The notes below the pieces were generated by a model. That model was not told the DNA's origin and made no database searches. It saw only the letters and a program-made list of their open reading frames with translations. A stretch of 64,000 nt of DNA from Sphingomonas sp. (GTDB taxonomy: Bacteria; Pseudomonadota; Alphaproteobacteria; Sphingomonadales; Sphingomonadaceae), in contig JANOVZ010000041.1 in assembly GCA_031417655.1 (NCBI GenBank), positions 19,052-83,051 on the forward strand. Reading direction: 5' to 3'. The translations under genes and the position numbers were made by a program. Each line of letters opens with the position of its first letter. Position 1 is the first letter of the stretch. Below are positions 18,249 to 26,804 of this stretch, piece by piece.

Positions 18249-18923
18249 CTAGCTCCGCACATCACTTTCGCGCACCGGCACGATTTTGATTTCAACCCGG
18301 CGGTTCGCCTGTTTGCCGATCTCGCTATTATTGTCCGCAACCGGCTGGCTCGCGCCAAAGCCCTGTGTCGCCATCCGCGCCGATTGCACGCCGCGCGTCG
18401 TCAGATAATCTGCTACCGAGCGGGCGCGATCACGCGACAGCGGAATATTGATCCCATCATTACCCGTCGAATCCGTATGGCCGTAAACGTCGATGTAAGT
18501 CTTCTCGTACGACGTCAGCGTCTGCGCCACTTGGTCGAGCGTCGCGCGGAACTGTGGCTGGATCGCCGACTGGTTGGTCGCAAATGTCACGCCCGATGGC
18601 ATATTCAGCACCAAATTGTCGCCGTCTCGAATGACCTGCACATCAGTGCCCGCCGTTTGCGCGCGCAGCTTTTTTTCCTGCGCATCCATGTAAGCGCCGA
18701 TGCCGGCACCCGCGATGGCCCCGATGCCTGCGCCAACAATTTTTTCAGTCCGGTCATTGCGCCCGCCCAATATGTCGCCAAGCAGCAGCCCCGCCGCCGC
18801 ACCGCCAACGCCGCCGATCGCTGCCTTGGAAATACGACGATTGCCGGTATTCGGATCGGTGATGCACGCGGTTGTGGCAAGCAATCCACTGATAAGGACT
18901 GCGTTTGTGATCTTTGAAATCAT
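18249..18923 (-). CDS. OmpA family lipoprotein (YiaD-like)
   Basis: Lipobox-like LATTAC, glycine zipper, GHTDSTG, LSRDRA, NRRVEI. Confidence 0.93.
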   Translation of the reverse strand: MISKITNAVLISGLLATTACITDPNTGNRRISKAAIGGVGGAAAGLLLGDILGGRNDRTEKIVGAGIGAIAGAGIGAYMDAQEKKLRAQTAGTDVQVIRDGDNLVLNMPSGVTFATNQSAIQPQFRATLDQVAQTLTSYEKTYIDVYGHTDSTGNDGINIPLSRDRARSVADYLTTRGVQSARMATQGFGASQPVADNNSEIGKQANRRVEIKIVPVRESDVRS

Positions 18924-19051
18924 GTCATTCTCCCTTGCGACCTTGACCGACCAACTGACGACTTGCCTTTCTTGTTCCGAATCTGGTTTGAACCACGCAT
19001 GATCCGCCTGTTGTGTAATCGACAGAAACTGTTCAATCATGGCCGCGCGCC

Positions 19052-20362
19052 ATGGCACCACTTCCTCTGCATCCCTATCCCTGGTCCGATGTTGCGATCA
19101 TCCTCGCGCTGGTCGCCCTGAACGGCGTGTTCGCCATGTCCGAACTCGCCATCGTGTCGGCGCGCAAGCCCCGCCTTGAAGCTATGGCGCGCCGGGGACG
19201 CAGCGGCGCGCGCATCGCTATCGAACTTGGCGCAGATCCCGGACGATTCCTGTCGACCGTCCAGATCGGTATCACGCTCATCGGCATCATCGCTGGCGCT
19301 TATTCAGGGGCGAGCCTTGGCGGCCCGACCGGCGAACGTATCGCCCTACTCGGCGTCGCGACCGAGACCGCAGCGGCGCTGGGCTTTGCCATCGTCATCG
19401 GCATCACGACCTTTCTGTCGCTCGTCATCGGCGAACTTGTTCCCAAACAATTTGCGTTGCGCGCGCCTGAACCGATTGCTGCGACAATGGCGCTGCCGAT
19501 GGTCTGGCTCGCCAAAGCCACGGCGCCGTTGGTCTGGCTGCTCGACCAGTCAAGCGCACTCATTTTCCGGCTGCTGCGCATGAACCGCGAATCCGAAAGT
19601 CATGTCACTGCCGAAGAACTGCATCTGATCGTGGCCGAAGCGAGCAAATCGGGCGTCATCGAAGAATCCGAACGCGCGATTATTTCGGGCGTCGTCCGCC
19701 TTGCCGACCGACCGGTTCGCGAAGTCATGACCCCGCGTACCGAAGTCAACTGGATCGATGTCGATGCCGATCATGACGCGCTGCTCGCCGTGCTCCGCAC
19801 CCTGCCGCACAGCCGCATGCTGGTTGCCGAGGGAACCGTCGATAAAGTCGTTGGCGTGGTGCAGGCGCGTGATATCGTCGCCAAACTCGTCGATGGTGTC
19901 GACATCGACCTGCGCGCGCTGATGAAACAAGCGCCCATTGTCCCTGATCAAGTCGACGCGATGGACGCGCTCGAGGCGCTGCGCCGCGCCGACGTACCGA
20001 TGGCGATGGTTCATGACGAATATGGCCATCTCGAAGGGATCGTGACTCCCGCCGACCTCCTCGCCGCCATTGCCGGTGATTTTGTATCCGACCAGGACGA
20101 CGACAGCGATCCTCCGCTGTTCGAGCGCGAGGACGGCAGCCTGCTCGTCTCTGGCTGGCTCCCGGCGGACACGCTCGCCGAAAAAATCGGCCTGACTCTT
20201 CCCGAAGATCGCGATTACGCAACGGTGGCCGGGCTGGCATTGGCCGAATTCAAACGCCTCCCCAGTGTTGGCGACCATTTCGTGCTGGGCGGATACCGGT
20301 TTGAGATCGTCGATATGGATGGACGCAAAATCGACAAGCTCCTTGTTGGCGAAACGCCGTAA
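19052..20362 (+). CDS. Hemolysin/CorC family protein (CNNM-CBS-CorC)
   Basis: NGVFAMSELAIVS, FLSTVQIGIT, GELVPK, VMTPR, DEYG, MDGRKIDK. Confidence 0.93.
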   Translation: MAPLPLHPYPWSDVAIILALVALNGVFAMSELAIVSARKPRLEAMARRGRSGARIAIELGADPGRFLSTVQIGITLIGIIAGAYSGASLGGPTGERIALLGVATETAAALGFAIVIGITTFLSLVIGELVPKQFALRAPEPIAATMALPMVWLAKATAPLVWLLDQSSALIFRLLRMNRESESHVTAEELHLIVAEASKSGVIEESERAIISGVVRLADRPVREVMTPRTEVNWIDVDADHDALLAVLRTLPHSRMLVAEGTVDKVVGVVQARDIVAKLVDGVDIDLRALMKQAPIVPDQVDAMDALEALRRADVPMAMVHDEYGHLEGIVTPADLLAAIAGDFVSDQDDDSDPPLFEREDGSLLVSGWLPADTLAEKIGLTLPEDRDYATVAGLALAEFKRLPSVGDHFVLGGYRFEIVDMDGRKIDKLLVGETP

Positions 20363-20432
20363 CTTTATTTCGGCGCGTCCCAAAAAGCGACGATAAACTA
20401 GGAAAATTAACCCCGAATTTGCTTGCACACCG

Positions 20433-20447
20433 TTAATTTTCCGTTAA
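20433..20447. promoter_or_regulatory. CtrA-binding box upstream of the PEP-CTERM gene
   Basis: TTAA-TTTTCCG-TTAA, exact TTAA-N7-TTAA(C) consensus. Confidence 0.65.
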
Positions 20448-20519
20448 TCCGCCGAGCACTGCCCATACCTATCGAGGGCGGCTACGAACTATCAGGTTCA
20501 GGGTTTGGAGTTACGACTA

Positions 20520-21650
20520 ATGGTATCGAATTCACGTTTTCGCAAAATGGCGAGCGCGCTGGTTGGCGCAGCCGCAATGCTCGCTGCAGCCACACCCGCA
20601 AACGCTGCACTCACGTTCAATTTCACTTTCCTCGCTGGTACGAGCGCACAGGCACAGGCCGGTTTTAACGCCGCCGCTGCGCGCTGGTCGAACCTGTTCA
20701 CCGACAACATCACGCTCAACATGACCGTCGGTCAGATTGCTCTGGGCGCCGGTATTCTTGCGCAAGCCGGATCGAGCGACACCAGCTATAGCTACACTGC
20801 GTTCAAAGCGGCGTTGGCTGCCGACGCAACGTCTGCCGATGACGCGACGGCCGTGTCGAACCTGACGGCGGGCCCTTCGTTTGGCGTCCTCATTAATCGC
20901 ACAGCAAACAATCCAAACGGCGCAGGTTCGGCCACGGCTTATGTTGATACGACGGGAGCAAACACCCAGACGATCACGATCAGCAATTCCAACGCCAAGG
21001 CACTGGGCCTTGCAACGGTCGCCGGTAACGCATTCGGGCTGTGCGCTTCGGCCTGCGATGCGGGTATCCAGTTCGGTACCGGCTTCAACTGGGATTACGA
21101 CCCCACTGACGGCATCGCGGCAAACGCTTATGATTTCATCGGCATTGCTACCCACGAACTCGGCCATGCGCTTGGTTTCACCAGCGGAGTCGATATCCTT
21201 GATTACAACAGCACATTGCCTGACGTGTATGATGATGATGAATTTATCTACGTCAATTCACTCGATCTGTTCCGGTATTCGGCACTCAGCAAGGCATCGG
21301 ACGTGATCGATTTCACTGCCGACACCCGCGGAAAATATTTTTCGATTGACCGCGGTGTTACTGTTGGCGCTGGTTTCTCGACAGGGCAGACATGGGGCGA
21401 TGGTCGTCAGGCCAGCCACTGGAAAGACAATCTTGGCCTGGGCGTCATGGACCCGACTGCGGGCCTTGGCGAAGCGCTGAACATCGGTGCCAATGATCGC
21501 CGGGCATTTGACGTGATCGGCTGGAACCTGCGCTCGGTGGCTGTTGCCGCCGTCCCTGAACCCGGCACATGGATGATGATGCTTGCGGGATTCGGTTTGA
21601 TCGGTGCGGCACAGCGTCGTCGCCGGTCGAGCATTGAAGCAATCGCTTAA
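20520..21650 (+). CDS. Secreted zinc-metalloprotease-like protein with PEPxxWA-CTERM sorting signal
   Basis: Signal peptide, HELGHALGF, QASHWKD, C-terminal VPEPGTWMMMLAGFGLIGAAQRRRR. Confidence 0.9.
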   Translation: MVSNSRFRKMASALVGAAAMLAAATPANAALTFNFTFLAGTSAQAQAGFNAAAARWSNLFTDNITLNMTVGQIALGAGILAQAGSSDTSYSYTAFKAALAADATSADDATAVSNLTAGPSFGVLINRTANNPNGAGSATAYVDTTGANTQTITISNSNAKALGLATVAGNAFGLCASACDAGIQFGTGFNWDYDPTDGIAANAYDFIGIATHELGHALGFTSGVDILDYNSTLPDVYDDDEFIYVNSLDLFRYSALSKASDVIDFTADTRGKYFSIDRGVTVGAGFSTGQTWGDGRQASHWKDNLGLGVMDPTAGLGEALNIGANDRRAFDVIGWNLRSVAVAAVPEPGTWMMMLAGFGLIGAAQRRRRSSIEAIA

Positions 21651-21669
21651 TCGCATTCCAACAAGAATT

Positions 21670-21701
21670 AGCCCGCGCGTCCCCGTGATGCGCGGGCTTT
21701 T
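21670..21701 (+). terminator. Rho-independent terminator
   Basis: AGCCCGCGCGTC...GATGCGCGGGCT followed by a T-tract. Confidence 0.75.
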
Positions 21702-21866
21702 CTTTGCCGTACGCGAATCCACTGAGGCGCTGGGCTGATCCTGTTTAGCAAAGTGAATTTGCCGAAACTGCGCGAGGCGCGGCATCAGCATAGACCTTTT
21801 GAGCGTCATCGGCAGGATGTGCGGCGAAGGCGATTAACCGCTGGTCACCAGAAGCAATGACGACGC

Positions 21867-22244
21867 TCAGTCCAGCGCCACCGCATGCCGATGCCGGAAC
21901 GCGCCAGTATAGCCGGTCTCCGACAGTCCAACATCATCGGCATGAAACGTCCCGATGTGCATAAACCGACGTTGCAAATATCGGACAAGCGATTGCAGTG
22001 CCGGGTCGGTGCGTAGCCGATGGTTACCCACAAACACGTCGACGCGTTGCGGTGTATCCAAGTAAGCGCGCGCCGATATTGCCTCTGCGTCAATGACCCA
22101 GTGATATATCAAAAAATTATAGTGGAACATGACCGACCCACTGGGTTCCAGCATATAATCACAGCCATGTTCGACACGATCAGGCACGCCCGGTTCCGGG
22201 TCCTCTTCGAGCGGCAAGTCGAACAGGATTGGCTCAATCTCCAA
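21867..22244 (-). CDS. Hypothetical protein (start uncertain, overlaps cobT end)
   Basis: Open frame with a protein-like acidic/aromatic composition; TTG starts near the cobT stop. Confidence 0.55.
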   Translation of the reverse strand: MEIEPILFDLPLEEDPEPGVPDRVEHGCDYMLEPSGSVMFHYNFLIYHWVIDAEAISARAYLDTPQRVDVFVGNHRLRTDPALQSLVRYLQRRFMHIGTFHADDVGLSETGYTGAFRHRHAVALD

Positions 22245-24057
22245 TATCAAAAAGCCCTGCCAGCTGCTCGACCATCGTCCCGCCAAGCTGGTCGGCATCC
22301 ATGATCGTCACGGCTTTCGCATAATAGCGCGTCACGTCATGGCCGATGCCGATCGCGACCAATTGCACCGGCGATTTGTTTTCAATCCAGCCGATCACCT
22401 GGCGCAGATGCTTTTCGAGATACGACCCGCTGTTCACTGACAGCGTTGAATCATCGACCGGCGCGCCGTCCGAGATTACCATCAGGATCTTGCGCTCTTC
22501 GGGCCGCGCGATCAGGCGGCTGTGCGCCCAGAGCAGCGCTTCGCCGTCGATATTTTCTTTGAGCAGCCCCTCGCGCATCATAAGGCCCAGCGAGGTCCGC
22601 GCCCGCCGCCACGGCGCATCCGCCGGTTTATAGACAATATGCCGCAAGTCGTTGAGCCGTCCGGGCAACGCAGGCCGTCCCGCCGCAAGCCAGCTTTCGC
22701 GTGCTTGCCCGCCCTTCCACGCCCGCGTCGTAAAGCCCAAAATCTCGGTCTTCACCCCGCACCGTTCGAGCGTCCGCGCCATGATGTCGGCACTGATCGC
22801 CGCAATCGAGATCGGCCGCCCGCGCATCGACCCCGAATTGTCGATCAGCAGCGAGACGACGGTATCCTTGAACTCGGTCTCGCGTTCGACCTTGTAGCTC
22901 AGCGAATGCCCCGGCGACGTCACGATCCGCGCCAGTCGCGCGGCATCGAGCATCCCTTCTTCCTGGTCGAAATCCCACGACCGGTTCTGCTGCGCCATCA
23001 GCTTGCGTTGCAGGCGATTGGCGAGCTTGGTCACGGCGCCTTGCAAATGAATCAATTGCTGGTCGAGATACTGGCGCAGACGCACCAATTCATCGGGATC
23101 ACACAGCTCATCCGCCGCGATCACTTCGTCATGCGCCGTCGTCCATGCCTTATAGTCGAACCCCGGTGTCAGATCGGCAGGCGGGCGGTTCGGCCGGACG
23201 GGGAGCATCCCTTCCTGCTCGCCGTCGCCGCCATCGGCCATGTCATCGTCAGCGGATTCCTGCCCGTCGGTTTCGCCTTCGCCTTCGGAGTCTTCAGACG
23301 TTTCACTCTCACCGCGCTGTTCAACCTGACCCGCGCCGTCGCTGTCATCGTCAGCACCGTCGGCGTCGTCCTTGCCATCCTCTTCGCCGTCGTCGTCGCC
23401 TTCGTCCTGCTCGTCGTCAGGAACCATATCGCCTTCGATAAGCTGCAAATCCTCGAGCAATTTCGTCGCCAGCGACGCAAAGGCCGCCTGATCATCAAGC
23501 ACCAGCCCCAGCGCATCCATGTCCGATCCGCCCGCGTCCTCGATCCAGTCACGGACCAGCGACAGCCCGGCTTCAGTCGCAGACGGCGGCGCCTCCCCCG
23601 TCAACCGCTCGCGCAGCAGCAGCGACACTGCGGTCGACAGCGGCACTTCATCCTTTGCTTTGGCCCGCGATATCGGGTCCGACCGCATCCGCATCTCGAG
23701 CGCCGTGTTCAGGTTCGCGCGCACCCCCGCCATCCCGCGCGACCCCAGCGCCTCGACGCGCGCGGACTCAACCGCATCAAACACCGCGCGCGCAATGACC
23801 GGCACCGGCGCAAGCTTGGCATGAACCCCCGCATCATGATGGCGCAGGCGGAGCGCAAAGCCATCGGCAAAGCCGCGCGCTTCGGCCACCTGTTCGGGCG
23901 GCAGCGCGCGGCCCGGCATCGGCACCTTGATATTCTTGCCCACCTGCGTCGGCGCGTCGGCGGTAAACGCCAGTTCGACCTCGGGCTCATGCGCAATCGC
24001 CCGCGCAGTGCCGGTGAGGACAGCCTTGAAGGCTTCGAGCGGTGTCTGTTCGGGCAT
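22234..24057 (-). CDS. cobT: Cobaltochelatase subunit CobT (vWA domain)
   Basis: Acidic linker, [33 protein letters not shown]. Confidence 0.95.
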   Translation of the reverse strand: MPEQTPLEAFKAVLTGTARAIAHEPEVELAFTADAPTQVGKNIKVPMPGRALPPEQVAEARGFADGFALRLRHHDAGVHAKLAPVPVIARAVFDAVESARVEALGSRGMAGVRANLNTALEMRMRSDPISRAKAKDEVPLSTAVSLLLRERLTGEAPPSATEAGLSLVRDWIEDAGGSDMDALGLVLDDQAAFASLATKLLEDLQLIEGDMVPDDEQDEGDDDGEEDGKDDADGADDDSDGAGQVEQRGESETSEDSEGEGETDGQESADDDMADGGDGEQEGMLPVRPNRPPADLTPGFDYKAWTTAHDEVIAADELCDPDELVRLRQYLDQQLIHLQGAVTKLANRLQRKLMAQQNRSWDFDQEEGMLDAARLARIVTSPGHSLSYKVERETEFKDTVVSLLIDNSGSMRGRPISIAAISADIMARTLERCGVKTEILGFTTRAWKGGQARESWLAAGRPALPGRLNDLRHIVYKPADAPWRRARTSLGLMMREGLLKENIDGEALLWAHSRLIARPEERKILMVISDGAPVDDSTLSVNSGSYLEKHLRQVIGWIENKSPVQLVAIGIGHDVTRYYAKAVTIMDADQLGGTMVEQLAGLFDIGD

Positions 24058-24128
24058 GGTCCACCGCGCATAATCACGCGCGGCGCGGATGTCACACTTT
24101 AGATCAAAAAGGAGAAATATTCCTCCGT

Positions 24129-24203
24129 GCTCCGGGCTCGACCCGGAGCCCTGCGACCGAAAACGGCTCTCGTTCTAGCAGGGCTCCGGATCAAGTCCGG
24201 AGC
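24129..24203. repeat. REPIN-like element, family E (two inverted TCCGG hairpins)
   Basis: GCTCCGGG-CTCGA-CCCGGAGCCCTGC ... GCAGGGCTCCGGA-TCAAG-TCCGGAGC. Confidence 0.8.
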
Positions 24204-24213
24204 GCAATTTGCG

Positions 24214-24849
24214 CTAAACAGACAAAATCTGACGATTATGGTGGATGAAGACGCCATCCTCGGGCGCGCCAATCACCCGCGCCATCGCGGCGGCGACATC
24301 ATATGCCGCAATCGCTTTGTATTGATCGAACGCGCGCGGGGTTAGCGCATTGGTCAGCGGACTCAGCGCCGCGAACAACCGCTCGACCGGCCGCACCTCC
24401 CCTGCCCGTTCGCCGAGCAACAGTCCGGGCCGAAAAATATCGACCCGCGCAAAGCCCAGCGCCCGCACACTCGCTTCGGCCCGTCCCTTGGTCTTCAGAT
24501 AAAAACTCGCACCCCCCGCGCCGACCGACGAGACCATCAGAAACTGCCGCGCCCCCGCATCCTTCGCGGCGCGGGCAAAGGCAACCACCGCGTCATGATC
24601 AATCGCCGCAAACGCCCCCTGAGACCCCGCCGCACGGATCGTCGTGCCGAGGGTAGAAATGGCGATGTCGGGTTGCAGGGTCGCCACTAGCGCAGGCCAT
24701 TCCGCAACAGGGGCGATGCGCTGATCGGCGATGCCGGGGACATGGCGACGACCGATAGCGGTGAGGTTGTGGTCCTTGAGGCGACCGACGAGCAAGCCAC
24801 CGACGAGGCCGGAGGCTCCAGCAATGATGATGTGCGGGGATTGGATCAT
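24214..24849 (-). CDS. NAD(P)H-binding protein (atypical SDR, TIP30/YraR-like)
   Basis: GASGLVG, LGTTIRAAGS, VSSVGA, YLKTKG, RPGLLLGER. Confidence 0.9.
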   Translation of the reverse strand: MIQSPHIIIAGASGLVGGLLVGRLKDHNLTAIGRRHVPGIADQRIAPVAEWPALVATLQPDIAISTLGTTIRAAGSQGAFAAIDHDAVVAFARAAKDAGARQFLMVSSVGAGGASFYLKTKGRAEASVRALGFARVDIFRPGLLLGERAGEVRPVERLFAALSPLTNALTPRAFDQYKAIAAYDVAAAMARVIGAPEDGVFIHHNRQILSV

Positions 24850-24874
24850 GAGTGTACGCTACGCCACATTTTTA

Positions 24875-24906
24875 TTGACATTTTAACTTTCGCAAGGCAC
24901 TAAAGC
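24875..24906 (+). promoter_or_regulatory. Putative sigma70 promoter for the structured RNA
   Basis: Perfect TTGACA (24875-24880) after an AT-rich tract; weak -10 region (CACTAAAGC). Confidence 0.5.
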
Positions 24907-24907
24907 A

Positions 24908-25048
24908 GATATCAGCGATAGATCGACTGCGGGTGCAAACCTCAAAGCGCTGATCCCGTAAGGAAACTTACGCACTTGCTTATGGCTGTGGGCCTTTGGG
25001 TTTGGTTTGTCGAGGAATACCAAAAGGGCGGCTTCGGTCGCCCTTTTT
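24908..25048 (+). ncRNA. Candidate structured non-coding RNA convergent with the orphan gene
   Basis: ATCAGCG/CGCTGAT stem, GGGT-GCAA-ACCT and CGTAAG-GAAA-CTTACG GNRA hairpins, TTTGGT/ACCAAA stem, terminal UUCG terminator. Confidence 0.6.
25022..25048. terminator. Bidirectional intrinsic terminator
   Basis: AAAAGGGCGGC-TTCG-GTCGCCCTTTTT abutting the TAA of the minus-strand orphan gene. Confidence 0.85.
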
Positions 25049-25577
25049 ATTTTGCGAGTCGTTCCGCAAGTCGGCCAAACATTGGCCTCACGTTAATTTT
25101 GATCGGCTCAATATCCCTTGGATAGGCACTCTCGACAAATAGATCTAACCTCAATGGGGTTTGACCCGCTTGAAAATCTGCGGGAAGTTTCAATCGCACA
25201 AAACAATAATATTTTTCGGCTGCCCCGAGCGGATGCTTCATATACAACCTGAAAATATACCCATTGTGATTTGGCGTCATTTGAATTGGCATCGTTGGCT
25301 TATTGAACAAACCATCGATAATTGTGGGCAGCTCTAGCGACCATTGATATCGATCAATATCGAAAATTCTGAAATTTCCCGCTGCGCCAAAAGCGTGTTC
25401 GCCTACTGCCGCTGGCACCTCGCTCGTGACAGAAATACAATGATTTGTATAACGAACACGAGCAGAAAAATTTCGTTTTACACCATCTTCGCAGACCCAC
25501 GAGAATGTTCGAAATACCTGCTGCAGATGTCCAAGATCGTAGTCAACGCCGACATGACTTATCAAAAGTGGTAACAA
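25047..25577 (-). CDS. AT-rich orphan protein, possible RNase-type toxin
   Basis: 176-aa ORF with atypical composition; motifs YDLGHL, RYTNHCIS, RIFDIDRYQWS..LP, LFVESAYP. Confidence 0.75.
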   Translation of the reverse strand: MLPLLISHVGVDYDLGHLQQVFRTFSWVCEDGVKRNFSARVRYTNHCISVTSEVPAAVGEHAFGAAGNFRIFDIDRYQWSLELPTIIDGLFNKPTMPIQMTPNHNGYIFRLYMKHPLGAAEKYYCFVRLKLPADFQAGQTPLRLDLFVESAYPRDIEPIKINVRPMFGRLAERLAK

Positions 25578-25655
25578 GCATCGTCCCCAAATGCGCTGCT
25601 TCTTGCATCATCACATTTCTTGAGAACTGACAAGCAATCACAAAGCCACTCGGCA

Positions 25656-26804
25656 CTAAACCACCAACCGCTCCCCAAACCTGACCCCCTTCACCTCGGG
25701 AAACAGCACACCCGCCACCCGCGCCGGATCGAGTGCATAGTGCTGTGCCAGCGCCCCTGCGATCAGCGTATCGAGTCCCAGTGTCGGCTTCAGGTCGCGG
25801 CCTTCGTAAAGCGCGCGCGCCGACAGCCCCGGCCAGTCCGCGACCACGCGGCCACCCGCGACCGCGCCACCCATTAACATCGCGACTGATCCCGTCCCGT
25901 GGTCGGTCCCGCCGGTGCCATTCACCGCGACCGTCCGCCCGAATTCGGTCGCGACCAGCACCAATGTCTTTTCCCACGCCGGACCCAGCCCGGTCTTCAA
26001 AGCGGCGAGCATCGCATCCAGCCCGCGCAATTGCCCCGCCAAGCGCCCTTTTTGCGCGCTGTGCGTGTCCCAGCCGCCGGTTTCGATCATTGCAATCCGC
26101 GCAGCTCCGGGGCCGGTCAGCAGCCGCGCCGCCAACGCACCATTTGCTGCCGCATCGCGCCCGTTGCCTCCCGTCAGGTCGCTCGTTTGCATCCGCGTCG
26201 CCATCGCCGACGACCACAGCTGATGCAGCTCCGTATCGCCCTGATACAGCGCTGTCACGCGCGCGAGCAGATCGTCCGACGCTTGCGGGAGGGCGGAAGG
26301 CGCATAAGACGATACCTCACGCGCCCCGCGCAATGCCGCCGGGATCGTCGCCGCCAACGCAATCGCCGCGCCCTCGCTTTTGGGCAGCAACCCCACCAGC
26401 CGGTTGAGCCAGCCGTCCTTTAGTTGATACGCCGACGACCCACCCGTTTCGAGCACATTCTGCGCATCGAAATGTGAGCGATCACGATAGGGCGAAGCGA
26501 CCGCATGCGCGAACAAGGCCTGTTTCGCGGCATAAAGTTTCGCCGTCTCTGCCATCGCCGGATGCAGCGTGAATAGGCTGTCGAGCTTGACGCCGCCCTC
26601 AGTCGCGAGAACGCCGCGCGCTGCCGCAAACGCCGGATCGCCCGTTGGCATGACAATGTTCAACCCATCCGCAGCGCCACGCTGAATGATAAACACAAAG
26701 CGCCGCTCGGTATCCGCAGCGGCGAACACCATGCCGGGCAGGCTCAGCACGCCTGCGCCCATTGCCCCGCGCATCAACAATTGTCGCCGATCGAGCATGA
26801 TCAT
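25656..26804 (-). CDS. DUF1501 family protein, Tat-exported
   Basis: RRQLL, RGAADGLN, RSHFDAQ, GGWDTH, TEFGRT, GTDHG. Confidence 0.92.
   Translation of the reverse strand: MIMLDRRQLLMRGAMGAGVLSLPGMVFAAADTERRFVFIIQRGAADGLNIVMPTGDPAFAAARGVLATEGGVKLDSLFTLHPAMAETAKLYAAKQALFAHAVASPYRDRSHFDAQNVLETGGSSAYQLKDGWLNRLVGLLPKSEGAAIALAATIPAALRGAREVSSYAPSALPQASDDLLARVTALYQGDTELHQLWSSAMATRMQTSDLTGGNGRDAAANGALAARLLTGPGAARIAMIETGGWDTHSAQKGRLAGQLRGLDAMLAALKTGLGPAWEKTLVLVATEFGRTVAVNGTGGTDHGTGSVAMLMGGAVAGGRVVADWPGLSARALYEGRDLKPTLGLDTLIAGALAQHYALDPARVAGVLFPEVKGVRFGERLVV

Noticed and set aside
22522-24102. 526-aa plus-strand ORF antisense to cobT
   Set aside because: Arg/His-rich shadow frame with no recognisable motifs.
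24930-24995. Resemblance to a c-di-GMP-I riboswitch (GCAAA, TAAG...TATGGC)
   Set aside because: The first GGCAAA...GAAA stem is missing and no downstream gene lies on the same strand; an Rfam scan is still advisable.
24982-25125. 47-aa plus-strand ORF (MAVGLWVWFVEEY...) inside the candidate ncRNA
   Set aside because: No properly spaced SD; it runs through the terminator and into the antisense strand of the orphan gene.
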